Shown: piece after piece, positions 37,113-49,560 of the stretch | Numbering within the stretch: position 1 is the stretch's first letter | Layout: every line of letters starts with the position of its first letter | Source of the DNA: Octopus bimaculoides | Taxonomy: Eukaryota | Direction of reading: 5' to 3' | NCBI RefSeq assembly: GCF_001194135.2 | Contig: NC_068992.1 | Location: 53,296,304-53,360,303 of the forward strand | Length of the DNA stretch: 64,000 nt | Made by a program: the position numbers and the translations under genes | The notes under the pieces: generated by a model | Database searches by the model: none | Told to the model about the DNA's origin: nothing | What the model saw: the letters and a program-made list of their open reading frames with translations, nothing else

Positions 37113-39109
37113 NNNNNNNNNNNNNNNNNNNNNNNNNNNNNNNNNNNNNNNNNNNNNNNNNNNNNNNNNNNNNNNNNNNNNNNNNNNNNNNNNNNNNNNN
37201 NNNNNNNNNNNNNNNNNNNNNNNNNNNNNNNNNNNNNNNNNNNNNNNNNNNNNNNNNNNNNNNNNNNNNNNNNNNNNNNNNNNNNNNNNNNNNNNNNNNN
37301 NNNNNNNNNNNNNNNNNNNNNNNNNNNNNNNNNNNNNNNNNNNNNNNNNNNNNNNNNNNNATATATATATATATATATAAACATACGCACATGCGCAATT
37401 ATATATATTTTTATGTCTATATACCACCCAGATTTTTTTTAGTAATGAATGACTGATGAATTTTAACTGATCCTTTCATGTTACACACTTCTATATGACA
37501 CAGTCTCAGACTGAAGGTCAGTATCCACGATTTCTGTAGAAAATGGCATCGCAATGAATCGAAAACAGACCAGCATCTTTGCAAAACAACTTTCCTTCCC
37601 ACATAGTTAGGAAACACAGAAAATAGACTTTACTGAATCGAAAATTCATTAAAGTCGCAGTAAGCAGTGGATAATTAAAATGAAGATGTCATAATTTCTA
37701 CACTATGCTTTGCTACACACTTGGATTTGATAATACCTTTGCTACACTAGTTGTTCCAGAAGAGAAATTCTTCTTCGGCTACCTTCATATAAGACAGTTC
37801 TTACTGGACTATAAATGATGGATTCGATTTCCTTAATCATAAAATAGAACGGCTTTAAAAAATTGTCCAACACTCCGATCCAGTCATTCATAAACAAGCT
37901 TGGTATGTTTACAAAAATTCCGATTCTAAAAAGTATATCTCTTCAGAGAGAGTTAGCAAAGTTTAGGTATTTCCGTGTATTCGTGTTCATTAAGTTTTTC
38001 ATTGTAATGCGTACAGCATTATTTCATTTGATAAACTTTTAGGGCAATTCTATTCCTCCATGCAATCATTTCTTTTAATTTGCATTACAGTGATTTAGAT
38101 TTACTAAGTCAGGGTTACTACAGACTGAGTCTTTATGTAGTTAGTATAGAATAAGTTCGAATAATATTTTTTTATCAGCGACTAAACTCGGCAAATGTGA
38201 TTAACGAAATTGCCTTTCAGCATACATCAAATATTAGACGTTGATAGAAAATCTAAAGGTCATAAATAAACATAGATATTGCTATTTATAATATATACAT
38301 TATAATACATAGTATCTCGCTATCTATATATCTATCTATCTATCTATCTATCTATTTATATCTCTCTCTCCCTATATATATATATNNNNNNNNNNTATTC
38401 TTTTGTTATTTACACCACCTGTCCTCGTCTGTTGTTATTATTTGTATATTCTCCCATATATATATACAGGAAAGAGAGAGAGAGAGAGAGTAGCTTGGTA
38501 AAACACCTTTAAATAAGATAAGATACGTTTGTTGTTAGGGAAATACAAAATTAAAAATAACACAATAAAGCAGAGAACAAAGAAAAATAAATGCAGACAA
38601 AGCTTACCACCATTGAATAAATAGACAGAGCTTGGAATTGAATACCTTCGTAAATGAAACTTGTACAGTTAGGGTCTAATTGATCGGAAAAAATACAATG
38701 ACATCAATACCTATGTGTGTTTTCTGATAGCATTTAGTGTGAGAACATTGTATCTTAGAAATCCCGTTGCATTCATACAACTGCAGCAGAGGTAAGAATT
38801 TATACGATAAACAAATGAAAAAAGTATAGTGATAAAAATGGAAAAGATAATATATACTCAGCAAAGTCCTTCAAATATTCAAATCATGGCATATTCACTT
38901 ATTGACTTTGCGTGATAGCAAAAACGTCTTTGATCACGGTATAACAGAAGAACGCAGTGCATGCTGGAAGGTCAAATAAGGCTAACTGACCGACAGCACA
39001 ATTACATCAAAGGCCATGATCTGAACATGTATTTATATCGAAAAATATTATTATTGTTGATGTTGTAATTGTCCTTATTAATGTTATCGCCGTTATTTTA
39101 ATGCTATCG

Positions 39110-39169
39110 GCAGCAGCAGTGCCACTAGTAGCAGCAGCAGCAGTAGTGGTAATAGTAGTAGTAGTAGTG

Positions 39170-39205
<36 letters not shown>

Positions 39206-39350
39206 ATGGTGATGGTGGTGGTGGTGGTGCTGTTGCTGCAGCTGCTGTTGCCGCTGCTGCTGGTAATAGGAATCGTAGCATTGGCATTTGCAGCAGCAGT
39301 GGTGGTTGTAGCGGCAGCAGCAGTGGTGGTTGTAGCCGCAGAAGCAGCAG
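39110..39350. repeat. Compound GCA/GTA/GTG/GCT trinucleotide array
   Basis: Directly visible; explains ORFs 39093 and 39101. Confidence 0.9.
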
Positions 39351-41265
39351 CCTTGCTATTGTCAATATCGTTGCTGGTGATGTTACAATTTTTTTTTTAA
39401 ATTATATTATTGTTCCTTTTGTATCGTCGATGCTCTAGTTCACATCAAATGACCTTTCTCTCCAAATTACGTAATAATGCTTCAAATATGTTGAATTTTT
39501 TTTTTTTTTGCCCAGTATTCCCATATTGTTAATAATTACATCGCTACACCACCATTCAAATAACTAACAAACAAACTAATAAGACAAAAGAAATGAAATT
39601 ATTAAAAAAAATAAATTATTATACCTTAACCAGTCATATAGAAAGCAAGCATTACCTGACGTTCTCCAAACTGTTTACTCGATCTCTCTACTGATAAATT
39701 ATCGATTTATTGATGTCTTGCGTGACTTCTATGTGTTCTAGTTGCTGTTTGTTAACAAAAAATATCGAAACAAGTACAACAACAAAAAAACAATTAAAAC
39801 AGCAACAACAAAATATGATAAACAAACGACTTAACATTTTATAACTACTAATAGTTTGTGAGGAATAGCGAATCAATGTTCTTCTCTAATAAAATATGTG
39901 AAAGTCCCCTACGGTTAACCACGCTACATTTTTTATACCATGCGTGATTACCCCTAGCCGCCATATCAAACTAAAGAGCCTCCGTCATGTATCAGAATAT
40001 AAAAGATAAAATACGCCATACTCATAAACTATAAATTTTAATGCAGATTTGCAGCTACAGCAGCAGGTAGAGTAAGACGAAAATAAAATATTCCATAAAC
40101 TCCAGACATTCACGATTTGCTAAAAATTCACACACTCATAATAGAACGCACACATACACAAAGGCACATACACAAAGATACATACAGAAAGACACGTACA
40201 CAAATTAAAAATAGGACAGTGATTTTCAGAATAATTCTCAAAAGACTATAAAAATGGGAAAGGTTTAATTAGAAATTTTTGGAACGCGTAAAATATAGAA
40301 AATATGGCGCAATATACGGTGTTCAGTATAATTTATAGGCGAATCTTTGTAAGGTTGGCATAGCCTATATTTCTTTTCTTTATACTTACTTCGATGTTTT
40401 CTATTAGAAAGAGCACCAAAGAATGTTAATCAATATATAAAATCGAAGTTATTTACAACAATTTTTTTCATTAAATATTATGTTTTTGGCTTTCATCACG
40501 TGATAACTAATTAAGTCGCACAGCAATTGATTAGATCAGATCTTTCAGTCCTAGTTTGTGCTAATTTAGCAATCTGATTTCTTGTAAATCCTATATACAT
40601 TTTTTTTTTCACGATATACAATATCAGGTACTGAAAAAAATCCGTTAAGCAAATATGATGTGTAGCAGATGAATATGAGGTACTTATAAATTTGATCCTG
40701 AAATAATGACTAATATGGTAAAAACGGCTTTGAATTAATTGATATTAAAATAGAATTACACAAATACCCATTAGTAATTACATCGGCACCGGAATTACTT
40801 GTTGCAATTCATTAATATGCGCATTCTGCAAATATTAAAATAATGCAGATATTTTGTTAACGTTTTCCAAAATCTATTCACATGATCTATACATGACTTT
40901 CTGTAGTTTTGTTTTCAATTCTAGCTAACCTCCTTCTTGAACATAGTCAGCACTTTTGTAGTAATGATTCAGAATGAAGTTTCTTAATTCTCAATTCTAA
41001 CTCTTTAAAGTATCACTGAAGCTAAAAAACAAAGTAAATATCGGCCTAGGCATACTCTTCTACGTGATATCATTGTAATTTATAATGAATTTCAATTTTT
41101 AGCTCTGTACGATAAGTTAGAGAGACGACGGAATTCAAATAACGTAATATTTCAAGCATAGACGGAGGAAAGAATGAGATAACCCTCACCGATTTGAAAC
41201 ACTTCTAAATAAATACCAGAAGGGCAGAAGTCTCGAAACATGAATGATTCAAAACATCACACAGC

Positions 41266-41322
<57 letters not shown>

Positions 41323-41669
41323 TCTATTATAGTCACAATAGTCACTATATTTTGTTTGTTTATTTCACCGTTTCGTTTTCCTGTCTTGTTTTCCGTCCGC
41401 CACTACCCTCCACGAAAACAATTTTATTTGTGTTCGTGGGAAGAACCATTTTAACGATGCGTACTGCCTTAATTCTTCGAAACGCCGGAGTTTTAATGGT
41501 GGCAGCTGATGAAGGGGATGTTTCTTTGTGGCCTGCTTGTTTGTTGCACCTTGTTTACCATTTTGTCCTTGTTCTTTTGCCACGTCATGTACCCAGTTAT
41601 GTATCTATATGTACATGTAGATGAACGTATATACATACATGTACATATATATGCATATACTCATATATT

Positions 41670-41718
<49 letters not shown>

Positions 41719-41769
41719 GACATGGCTGGGTAAGTAGTTATATGCACTAGTCTATATGCCTCCACTACC

Positions 41770-42290
41770 AAATAATATCTAACACAAAATAGTATAAACA
41801 TGTGCTAAAAACATTGACTACGACCAGTACACAATCATGTGGGGATATATCTACTCAAACTAACAAAGAAATCAAAGCTAGTCCCCCAGGCATAATAATC
41901 AAGGATTGTAAAATAAATCGTTTACTAATGACACTGCAGACTCTTCTGAGCAGTATATTGCCCAAAAGGAAGTGAAGAAATTGTCAAAGCACAAAAATTT
42001 TGAAACTGAAGTATCCAAGATGTAGGGCACGAAAGTGAAAACCGTTAGAAATTATCAAAGCACAAAGATTTTGAAACTGAAGTATCCAAGATGTAGGGCA
42101 CGAAAGTGAATACCGTTCCCATAATAATTGGAACATTAGGTACGATAAAAGATTTAAAATAAAACCCTTGAACAAAACCGTAGGAGCTATAATTTGACCA
42201 TCAACACTTCACACCATCCCAGAAAATAGCCCTGTAAGGAACAGGCCACGTCATACACAAGAGTACAACCCAAATAAAACAAACCACAAA
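41770..42290 (+). mobile_element. Decayed R4/Dong-like RLE fragment with an internal 71-bp tandem duplication
   Basis: Pieces QYTIMW / QTNKEIKASPPGIIIKD / IAQKEVKKLSKHKNFETEVSKM*GTKV / PIIIGTLG / QKIAL*GTGHVI; 41976-42046 is duplicated as 42047-42117. Confidence 0.8.
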
Positions 42291-42755
42291 CACAAGACAT
42301 ATCCTATACAACAAATATACAATAAAATAAACAACCGTATCTACAGGTCGGATATACAACAAAACTCAATTAGCATTATACAACAAAGCATTATACAAAC
42401 GTGAATACCACCCATGATAAAACAAACTGATGCAATACGACACCAGAAGGAGTTTGTACTCCCACACCAACAACAACAAAAATAACAAGAAAAAATGTTG
42501 CACACGCCTCAACAAAAATGCACAGGAGGAGGAGCGTGAATGTCCTGAATTAACACTGTCATCACCTTCGACGGGCCGTCATAAGCAGCATATACGCAAA
42601 ATGTTCGTTAGTTTTTCTTATCTGTGTCTATAGCTGTGTAGCATACGATGTTTCTTTGCACTTGTACATTGTACATTTGTAGTTTTGACTGTAGATTTGC
42701 TTTGCTTGTGTTCGTTCTGGTATTTATATTCTTAATATTTGCTATATTATCATTG

Positions 42756-42793
<38 letters not shown>

Positions 42794-42869
42794 GGTGGTG
42801 GTGGTGGTTTTGTTTAGTGGTGATGGTGGTGGTGATAGTGGTGTTATTACTGGCATTTTACTCTCTTCG

Positions 42870-43530
42870 GTGTGTCTTCCCTAAGAGTTGTTTTGTCTCT
42901 TATTTATTTTCTCTCTCTATTTACGAAGGAATTTCTCCACTTTTCATACAAGGCATACTTGAGTGATTTGAAGCATGGGACTAGCGCGTTTTGTGATGTT
43001 GTGCTAGTGTTGGTGGAATATGTTATTGATGATGAGTATGTTGTTCAGGTTATTGAAGTTATTGTATTATTTTCTTTCTGGCTGTCACCGGAGATCCTGC
43101 CTGTTTTTGTTTCAGAACCTGTTGCTGTTTCGTCGTTGTTGCTGTTCTTGATATTTCTGCTCTTTCTGATATAGTTGTACGTTTTTATTGGTCTTTTAAT
43201 CGTTACAATTGTGGTCTCGAATTTTAGCAAGGGACAGCATGCTTTCGCTTTCTGCTATGGACAGAAGGTTTTCGTATCTTAACATTATCCCATAAGCAAC
43301 ACCCCAATGATTTCCCTCCTCCCTTAACATGGAGTTCTTGGCATTAAAAAAAATTGATCTTGGATCTTTAGCAGATGATCTAGTTTACTATTTGATAGCA
43401 CCTCTAGTTCTGCACAGGATCAATTCTCCTGCTGTGGTTCTTGACATCGAAGAAATTGTTATTTTACTCCACCATGTCACGCATTACATGCTACCAGGTG
43501 TTCAACTATTGTGGCATACCGGATGACTTC
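42870..43530 (-). mobile_element. Possible decayed LINE (RTE/CR1-like) endonuclease-to-linker fragment
   Basis: Purine-rich minus strand with weak echoes (SESMLSLAKIR resembling SDH..V.AKIR); no full motif. Confidence 0.25.
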
Positions 43531-46500
43531 ACTTTTATCCGTCTTTCCAGATAAGTAAGTAGCAAGGAAAATCCCCCTTTCCAAGTGCAAAAAGTCTCTC
43601 TTTTCAAGTGCAACAAATCACTCTTTCCAAGTACAAAAATTTAAGTGATTTTTATTTATCATTTGCTCTAAGATTACACGAAGGATCATTGTTGATTTTG
43701 CTCACGATGCAGTTTTATTATACGGCTTTTTACTATCACTGTATAGTAAGCAGTTTTTTGTTTGTTTGTTTTTTTGTGGTGAGTCTGTCTTCACTTTTTA
43801 AATTGCTCTGTGAACAAATTTCTAGATGTACGATAACATTTCATGAAAAAACACTCATCATTACCGACAGATTTTGTTTCTGTAGTTAAAAAAATGTAAC
43901 AAAGAAGACACGACTGCAGGCCTCCCTGTGATTTCAAAAAATTCATAGAGCATATATACTGAGTTTAAATAATAGATGAAGTGTTTAAAAGTCAGAGGAA
44001 ATATAATACAAGCAACCATATCCTGTTTATTTGATAGACTAACAATAAGTTAATACATATTTAACTTTGCACTGGCTGAAATATCTCGAATTTTTAACTA
44101 ACAGTTTATCTATAATACTATAAACTATACATGGTGTTCGGTAATAACTCTTCATTTTATTTGGTTTTATTTTGTTTGGTTAATATTCAGTGCTTAGACA
44201 TCATTTTCGTTGGAGGAATCCATCGTAACTGCAATGTATATCATTACACAATACTCACAGTCTATCGTAAGCTTTATTCTGTATGCGCACAATCCTACAT
44301 ACACTGAATCAACCATTTTTTCCTGTCAATACTCTCTTGAATATCTACCGCTATTCAATGCCGAATTTGTTTCTAATTTTTGTATCAAAGTTCCGTCGTT
44401 GATTTTCTGCAGTTCGAACAGAATATTAACCATCTCTTTCACACATGTTTTAGTGTCGCTGCGAAGGGCATGGAAACTACACAACTCTTTAGAGAAAATG
44501 TATTAAAAATATTTACTATTATAATAAAGTATTAACTTCCTGTGGTATTTTATTAATTAACTAGCAACTCTATTAAAAGGCCCATGAACAAGTACTATTT
44601 TCATTCACGATCATAGCGTAATTTGTAATGCTTAACCGGTAGGAGTGTTTTCTCTTTAAACAATGCGCTATACTTTACGTTGTTCTACTCGAATGAAGTA
44701 TAAATTAATACCAGCCCAGTGGTGGTGCAGCTCGTCTGGTGTTAATTTATATTCTCACTCTAATTGTGATATCCTGGATGTATCGCTGGGTCGATGTATC
44801 GCTGGATGTATGGTTGAGTCGAAAGAGTGTGTAGATGCGTGTGTAGATGCGTGTGTCACTTCATGAGTACGCCGGCATCTAAAAGGCTTAGTGAATGAAT
44901 GGTAAAAGTTACCAAACTACATTTGTTCGAGAGCGTCGAGTGGTTTTTTAATCAGATAGATTTAACGATAATAGTACAGTGTTATCGTTCCGATAGTCAT
45001 TAACAGTTTGAGGCGTTATCTTTGACAAGTTTTTTTTTTTTGTGTTTTTTCTTATTCTAGGTCCTGTTATGATATAAGCGCCAGTCCATTTCTGAAAATT
45101 ATTTAACCAATAGCGTCTTTGCTCCACATTGAATACCTAGTTTCAGACTTAGAAAACCTTATTAGATCGTGTGAGTGGTCCACTATTTGAATCGTTGGAA
45201 CGTCGCACCATTTTCTTCTTATTGTATATATTACGTCCTGAACTCATATCCCAGTGAGAATGCTTTTAAATTTCAAAGTTCCAGAGTGGATACAGTCATT
45301 TACTTTAAGGAAATTAAATTGACTATACCTTTCTCTAAAACTGTGTGACTTACCATTACAGTATTCTACATTACCGCAGGACTAGAAGAGCCGAATTACA
45401 TCCATTAGTTTACTTGGCCTGATTTTTTTTTCTTTTCTTTCTTTAAAATCTTCTAGGAACTCTTTTTGTCTCTCATGAGTGTCGTGATGATTATATAACA
45501 AGATGAGTTTATTGGATTTGATGCTTCCCGCTAAATATTACCATTGTTACCCGAAAATTAATCGTTGTTAGACGCAAAACACACAGTGGCACTCAATTTA
45601 AGATATGACGATACTGTCTTTAGATATGATTTTAAACCTATAACATCCGTAATTGCTAATAAAATGCTAATGGAACTCTTTACAAAATCTCTGCGTGATT
45701 TTTATCGATGTAATCGTAAATCAACGGAGTTTGTGATGTTTCTAAAATGTAGAAAACTTTAAATAGATAGGTAGAAAGATACACTGATATACATATATAT
45801 ATATANNNNNNNNNNNNNNNNNNNNNNNNNNNNNNNNNNNNNNNNNNNNNNNNNNNNNNNNNNNNNNNNNNNNNNNNNNNNNNNNNNNNNNNNNNNNNNN
45901 NNNNNNNNNNNNNNNNNNNNNNNNNNNNNNNNNNNNNNNNNNNNNNNNNNNNNNNNNNNNNNNNNNNNNNNNNNNNNNNNNNNNNNNNNNNNNNNNNNNN
46001 NNNNNNNNNNNNNNNNNNNNNNNNNNNNNNNNNNNNNNNNNNNNNNNNNNNNNNNNNNNNNNNNNNNNNNNNNNNNNNNNNNNNNNNNNNNNNNNNNNNN
46101 NNNNNNNNNNNNNNNNNNNNNNNNNNNNNNNNNNNNNNNNNNNNNNNNNNATATATATATATATATATATAAATATATATATATACAAACACACGCGAGC
46201 GCACCATATACAAACCTATGTATGCGTGTATGTATGTATTTATACATTCATATATACACGCACCCTCAAAACGCGCACAAAATCATATCGATTCCGCGGA
46301 CACGTGGAAGTAAGCTATTCAGAATTTAAGCGAGTCAATATTTGAAACTTTTACAAGCCTTCTAGATAGTCCACTGGAAAATATATTTCCTTTTACAAAT
46401 ACAAAACTAAATATGCTATAAATTTTCATACTCAAAATATATACAGTCCTCACTACATGCCAGACTAATATAAAAGTTTCCAATTTACTCCAAATAATCT

Positions 46501-47189
46501 ACACTACATATGCTGTAAAATGTTACAATCCAAACCGCCTCCCTTTAATATCCAGTAGATATTTAAGCATAATTTGATGAAGTGTTAAGTAAATCACGCT
46601 GTCCTTCTTAAAAAGGCCTCATTGAATATTACCCAATGTATAAAATGCTGTTTAATGAGCATGATATGTGTAAATGTACAATTACTTGCGTAGGACGGTC
46701 GGTGTAATTATAAATACATATATGAATAGAGGTTTAATTGATGGTGTGTTCTTAGGTATGTTTTCTTAGTAATTACATGGTTAATTGCATAATTGAAGAT
46801 AACTCACTCCCTGTCAGTCACACACACACACACACACGCTTATATCCATACATACGTTTATAAAGTTATATATGTATGCGTGTGTGTGTGTATACACGCA
46901 TATATATACATATATGCATGTATGTTTGTATATATGTATAGTTAGTTAAACCATTGCACACATTTTATGCACACCCTTATATATATGTCTAGTATACATT
47001 TATGTAGACCTTCGTATGAATGTCACTTCTTTGTTTTGTTTTTGTTTTTTTTTTTTATTGTGATATTTGTTTCCAAGAATTGACTACATTTTTTTTTCTG
47101 GCATGCTATGTGGGTCATAACTGACTAGGTTGTTTTTTTTTTTTTATCAGAATTTGCTTATCTCCCTTTTCTACGTTGCCGAGTGTTAT

Positions 47190-47510
47190 GCGCGGCACCT
47201 TGGTTCAGTCACTTCCACTATTGCCTCGAGCTTACCAAAGGCTTGAAAGTAGACTTGGTTGAAGGAAACTGAAAGAAACTTGTCGTATGTATATGTGCGT
47301 ATTATTGTGTGAATGTGTGCTTGTGTATTTTAAAAAATACATATGTATATGTCTTTGTGATTGTGCTTGTCCACCATCACAGCTTGACAATCAGTGCTAA
47401 TTTGCTTAGACCATCAGTAAAAAGAAAAGAGACCTATAAATTTATTGAAGGTTTTACCTCAGCATGGACCCTTTCCGAAGACTGAAACAAGGGATAAAAG
47501 ATACATACAC
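47190..47510 (+). mobile_element. Diverged family-A SINE
   Basis: gcggcaccttgg..accaaaggcttg..ggaaactgaaagaaacttgtcgtat..gcttgacaatc..cagcatgg..gactgaaacaagggataaaag. Confidence 0.8.
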
Positions 47511-47891
47511 ACACTCAGAAGCCCACACATACACACATACCACACGCGCGTGTACACACACACATGTATTCGTATATGTAAATTAATTCACGCTTATGCT
47601 CTTTTTGTGTTCTCAATTCAGCTCTCATCCTACATATACTATTAAATACGATTACATGAATTTACGGCAGGCATTTTTCTTTCATTGATTGAGCACTTAA
47701 GTGTTCAGTGTTAGTGTTCGCTGTTCTCTCTCACATATAAATTGTTTCTAGACACACCACCCATTTTTTAGTGAATGGTTAGAAACTTCAGTGCAAAAAA
47801 ATTACTTCTTTTTATTGCATTTTATTGCATTTTTTAATTTCTAACGATTCTATCTGTGTGAATACGTACGTTTGTGTGTACACACACATAA

Positions 47892-47924
<33 letters not shown>

Positions 47925-48479
47925 CTTTGTAAACTTCAAAATGAGTTACGCAAAAATATGAAATGAGTTAATGTAAAAAGGAAACGCACAGAAAAACGGA
48001 ACACAATAAAATTAAGTACACGAAAAACAAAATCCAATAATTCAATAAAAATTATTCGCGCATCTAATCATATCGTGTAATACTACAATTTCTATTAGAT
48101 CGTGTTAGCAATAACAGTAGTTATAAATATATTCAAACACTAGAAAATCATGGAGAGAAAATTTATTTTATTTTGGTGTTATTCGTTAGATTTTTTGCTA
48201 CCTTCCTCTTGTGTCAGCAATTTCTACAGATTATGTAATAACGTGTAAATGCAAGGCGCATCAGATGTGAATCTAATTGTTTTGCATTATAGATGCATTC
48301 AGCGTTTTTCGTTACTTATATTTCAGATAAAACAATTGAATAAATTTCATTCGCTGTATATTTTAATACTGTGTAGTTATTATGAAATAAATATTCAGCT
48401 TTCTTTTTGTATTGAATTTGATTACCATTTACAGGGATATATGTAACTCATATTCAGTATATGAGTACCTGGAGTTCGG

Positions 48480-49560
48480 TGCACTGAGTTAAATCTTCAT
48501 TGAGGAATAACTTTTAAGGGAATCTTCATCTGGTTAGAAATTCTGGATGAAGACCCATTTCTGCAGAGACATTTCGCCGCCGGCTAAAATCTTTCAATCT
48601 GTCTTTTTCAATCTGTGGAAGTTTATTGGTATTTTGTCTCTCTCGCTTATCAAGTGTCTAGTGGCTATCTCCTGCTTATGTGGAGCAAAGGCATATCCTT
48701 CTGAGTGGAATATAATGTATCTATGACAGGTTCAGGAGAGGCTACACTTTCTGTCAATGCTGCTGTTGCTCTCTAGGATACTGGATGTGTACCCCTGCAT
48801 TGCTTTTTTGCTGTTATGATACCTGCTTCTTCAAGCTTCTACTTATGTAGGCCATTCCAACCTCTTTTGGGTCGTATTACACAGTTGTATTCTCAGAGTA
48901 CCTGAACAGTAGTTCTACAGCTCTGAAGAGGCTGTTGTTCTTACATTTGTGTATGCATGGAATGTACTTATTCCTTCCTTTATTGTTCAACAGGTGCTGT
49001 CTGAGTGATACAATTAAAAGGTGTTTGGACTAAACTTATGCTTCTATCGTTATAACCTCATAACACATAGATCCTATCGCCGTGGCTCTTGACATGAAAT
49101 TTACCAGTAGTGGCCAGTACATCCAATTTCTAGGCTGCGTATTTCGTCGAGCATTCAGTCCAATGTCCCAAATGTTGGTATTAGCACAAGCACTAGAAAA
49201 GCATCGTGAGATATGGTCTCACATTGCGAGATATGAGTTTCATATTTTCCGGAATCTACAGTAGTATATCTTTGTTATTCTGGTTTTAGTCACAAAACCA
49301 ACATATATTATATTTCCAACGATTCCGAGATACTTGTAGCTTTAATCATTAGTGATGTGGAAGATAGACAAGCCGTCGATCTACATGCTCTCTGTCTGAT
49401 CGACAAGGTTTCCTCAGTCGACTAAAATATATGAGCATATACCTTTCCAAAACTCCATTCCTATATCGCGTGAGAATGTTGTGACTAGTTCTAATTGACT
49501 CTTGATGTTGGTCATATTACCAGAATATAATTTATGTCATCAACAAAAAATGTGTGGCTT
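48480..49560 (-). mobile_element. R4/Dong-clade non-LTR retrotransposon RT/thumb fragment (decayed)
   Basis: Ordered minus-strand motifs: FVDD(I) at about 49533-49547, LELVTTFSRDIGMEF, YKYLGI at about 49321-49340, KLDVL..FHVKS.GDRIYV, SEGYAFA..QEIATRHLI. This is the canonical R4-type RT order. Confidence 0.8.

Noticed and set aside
39093-39400. Gln/His/Ala/Pro-rich ORFs resembling a transcription-factor low-complexity region
   Set aside because: Pure trinucleotide array flanked by AT-rich non-coding DNA; no domain or splice context.
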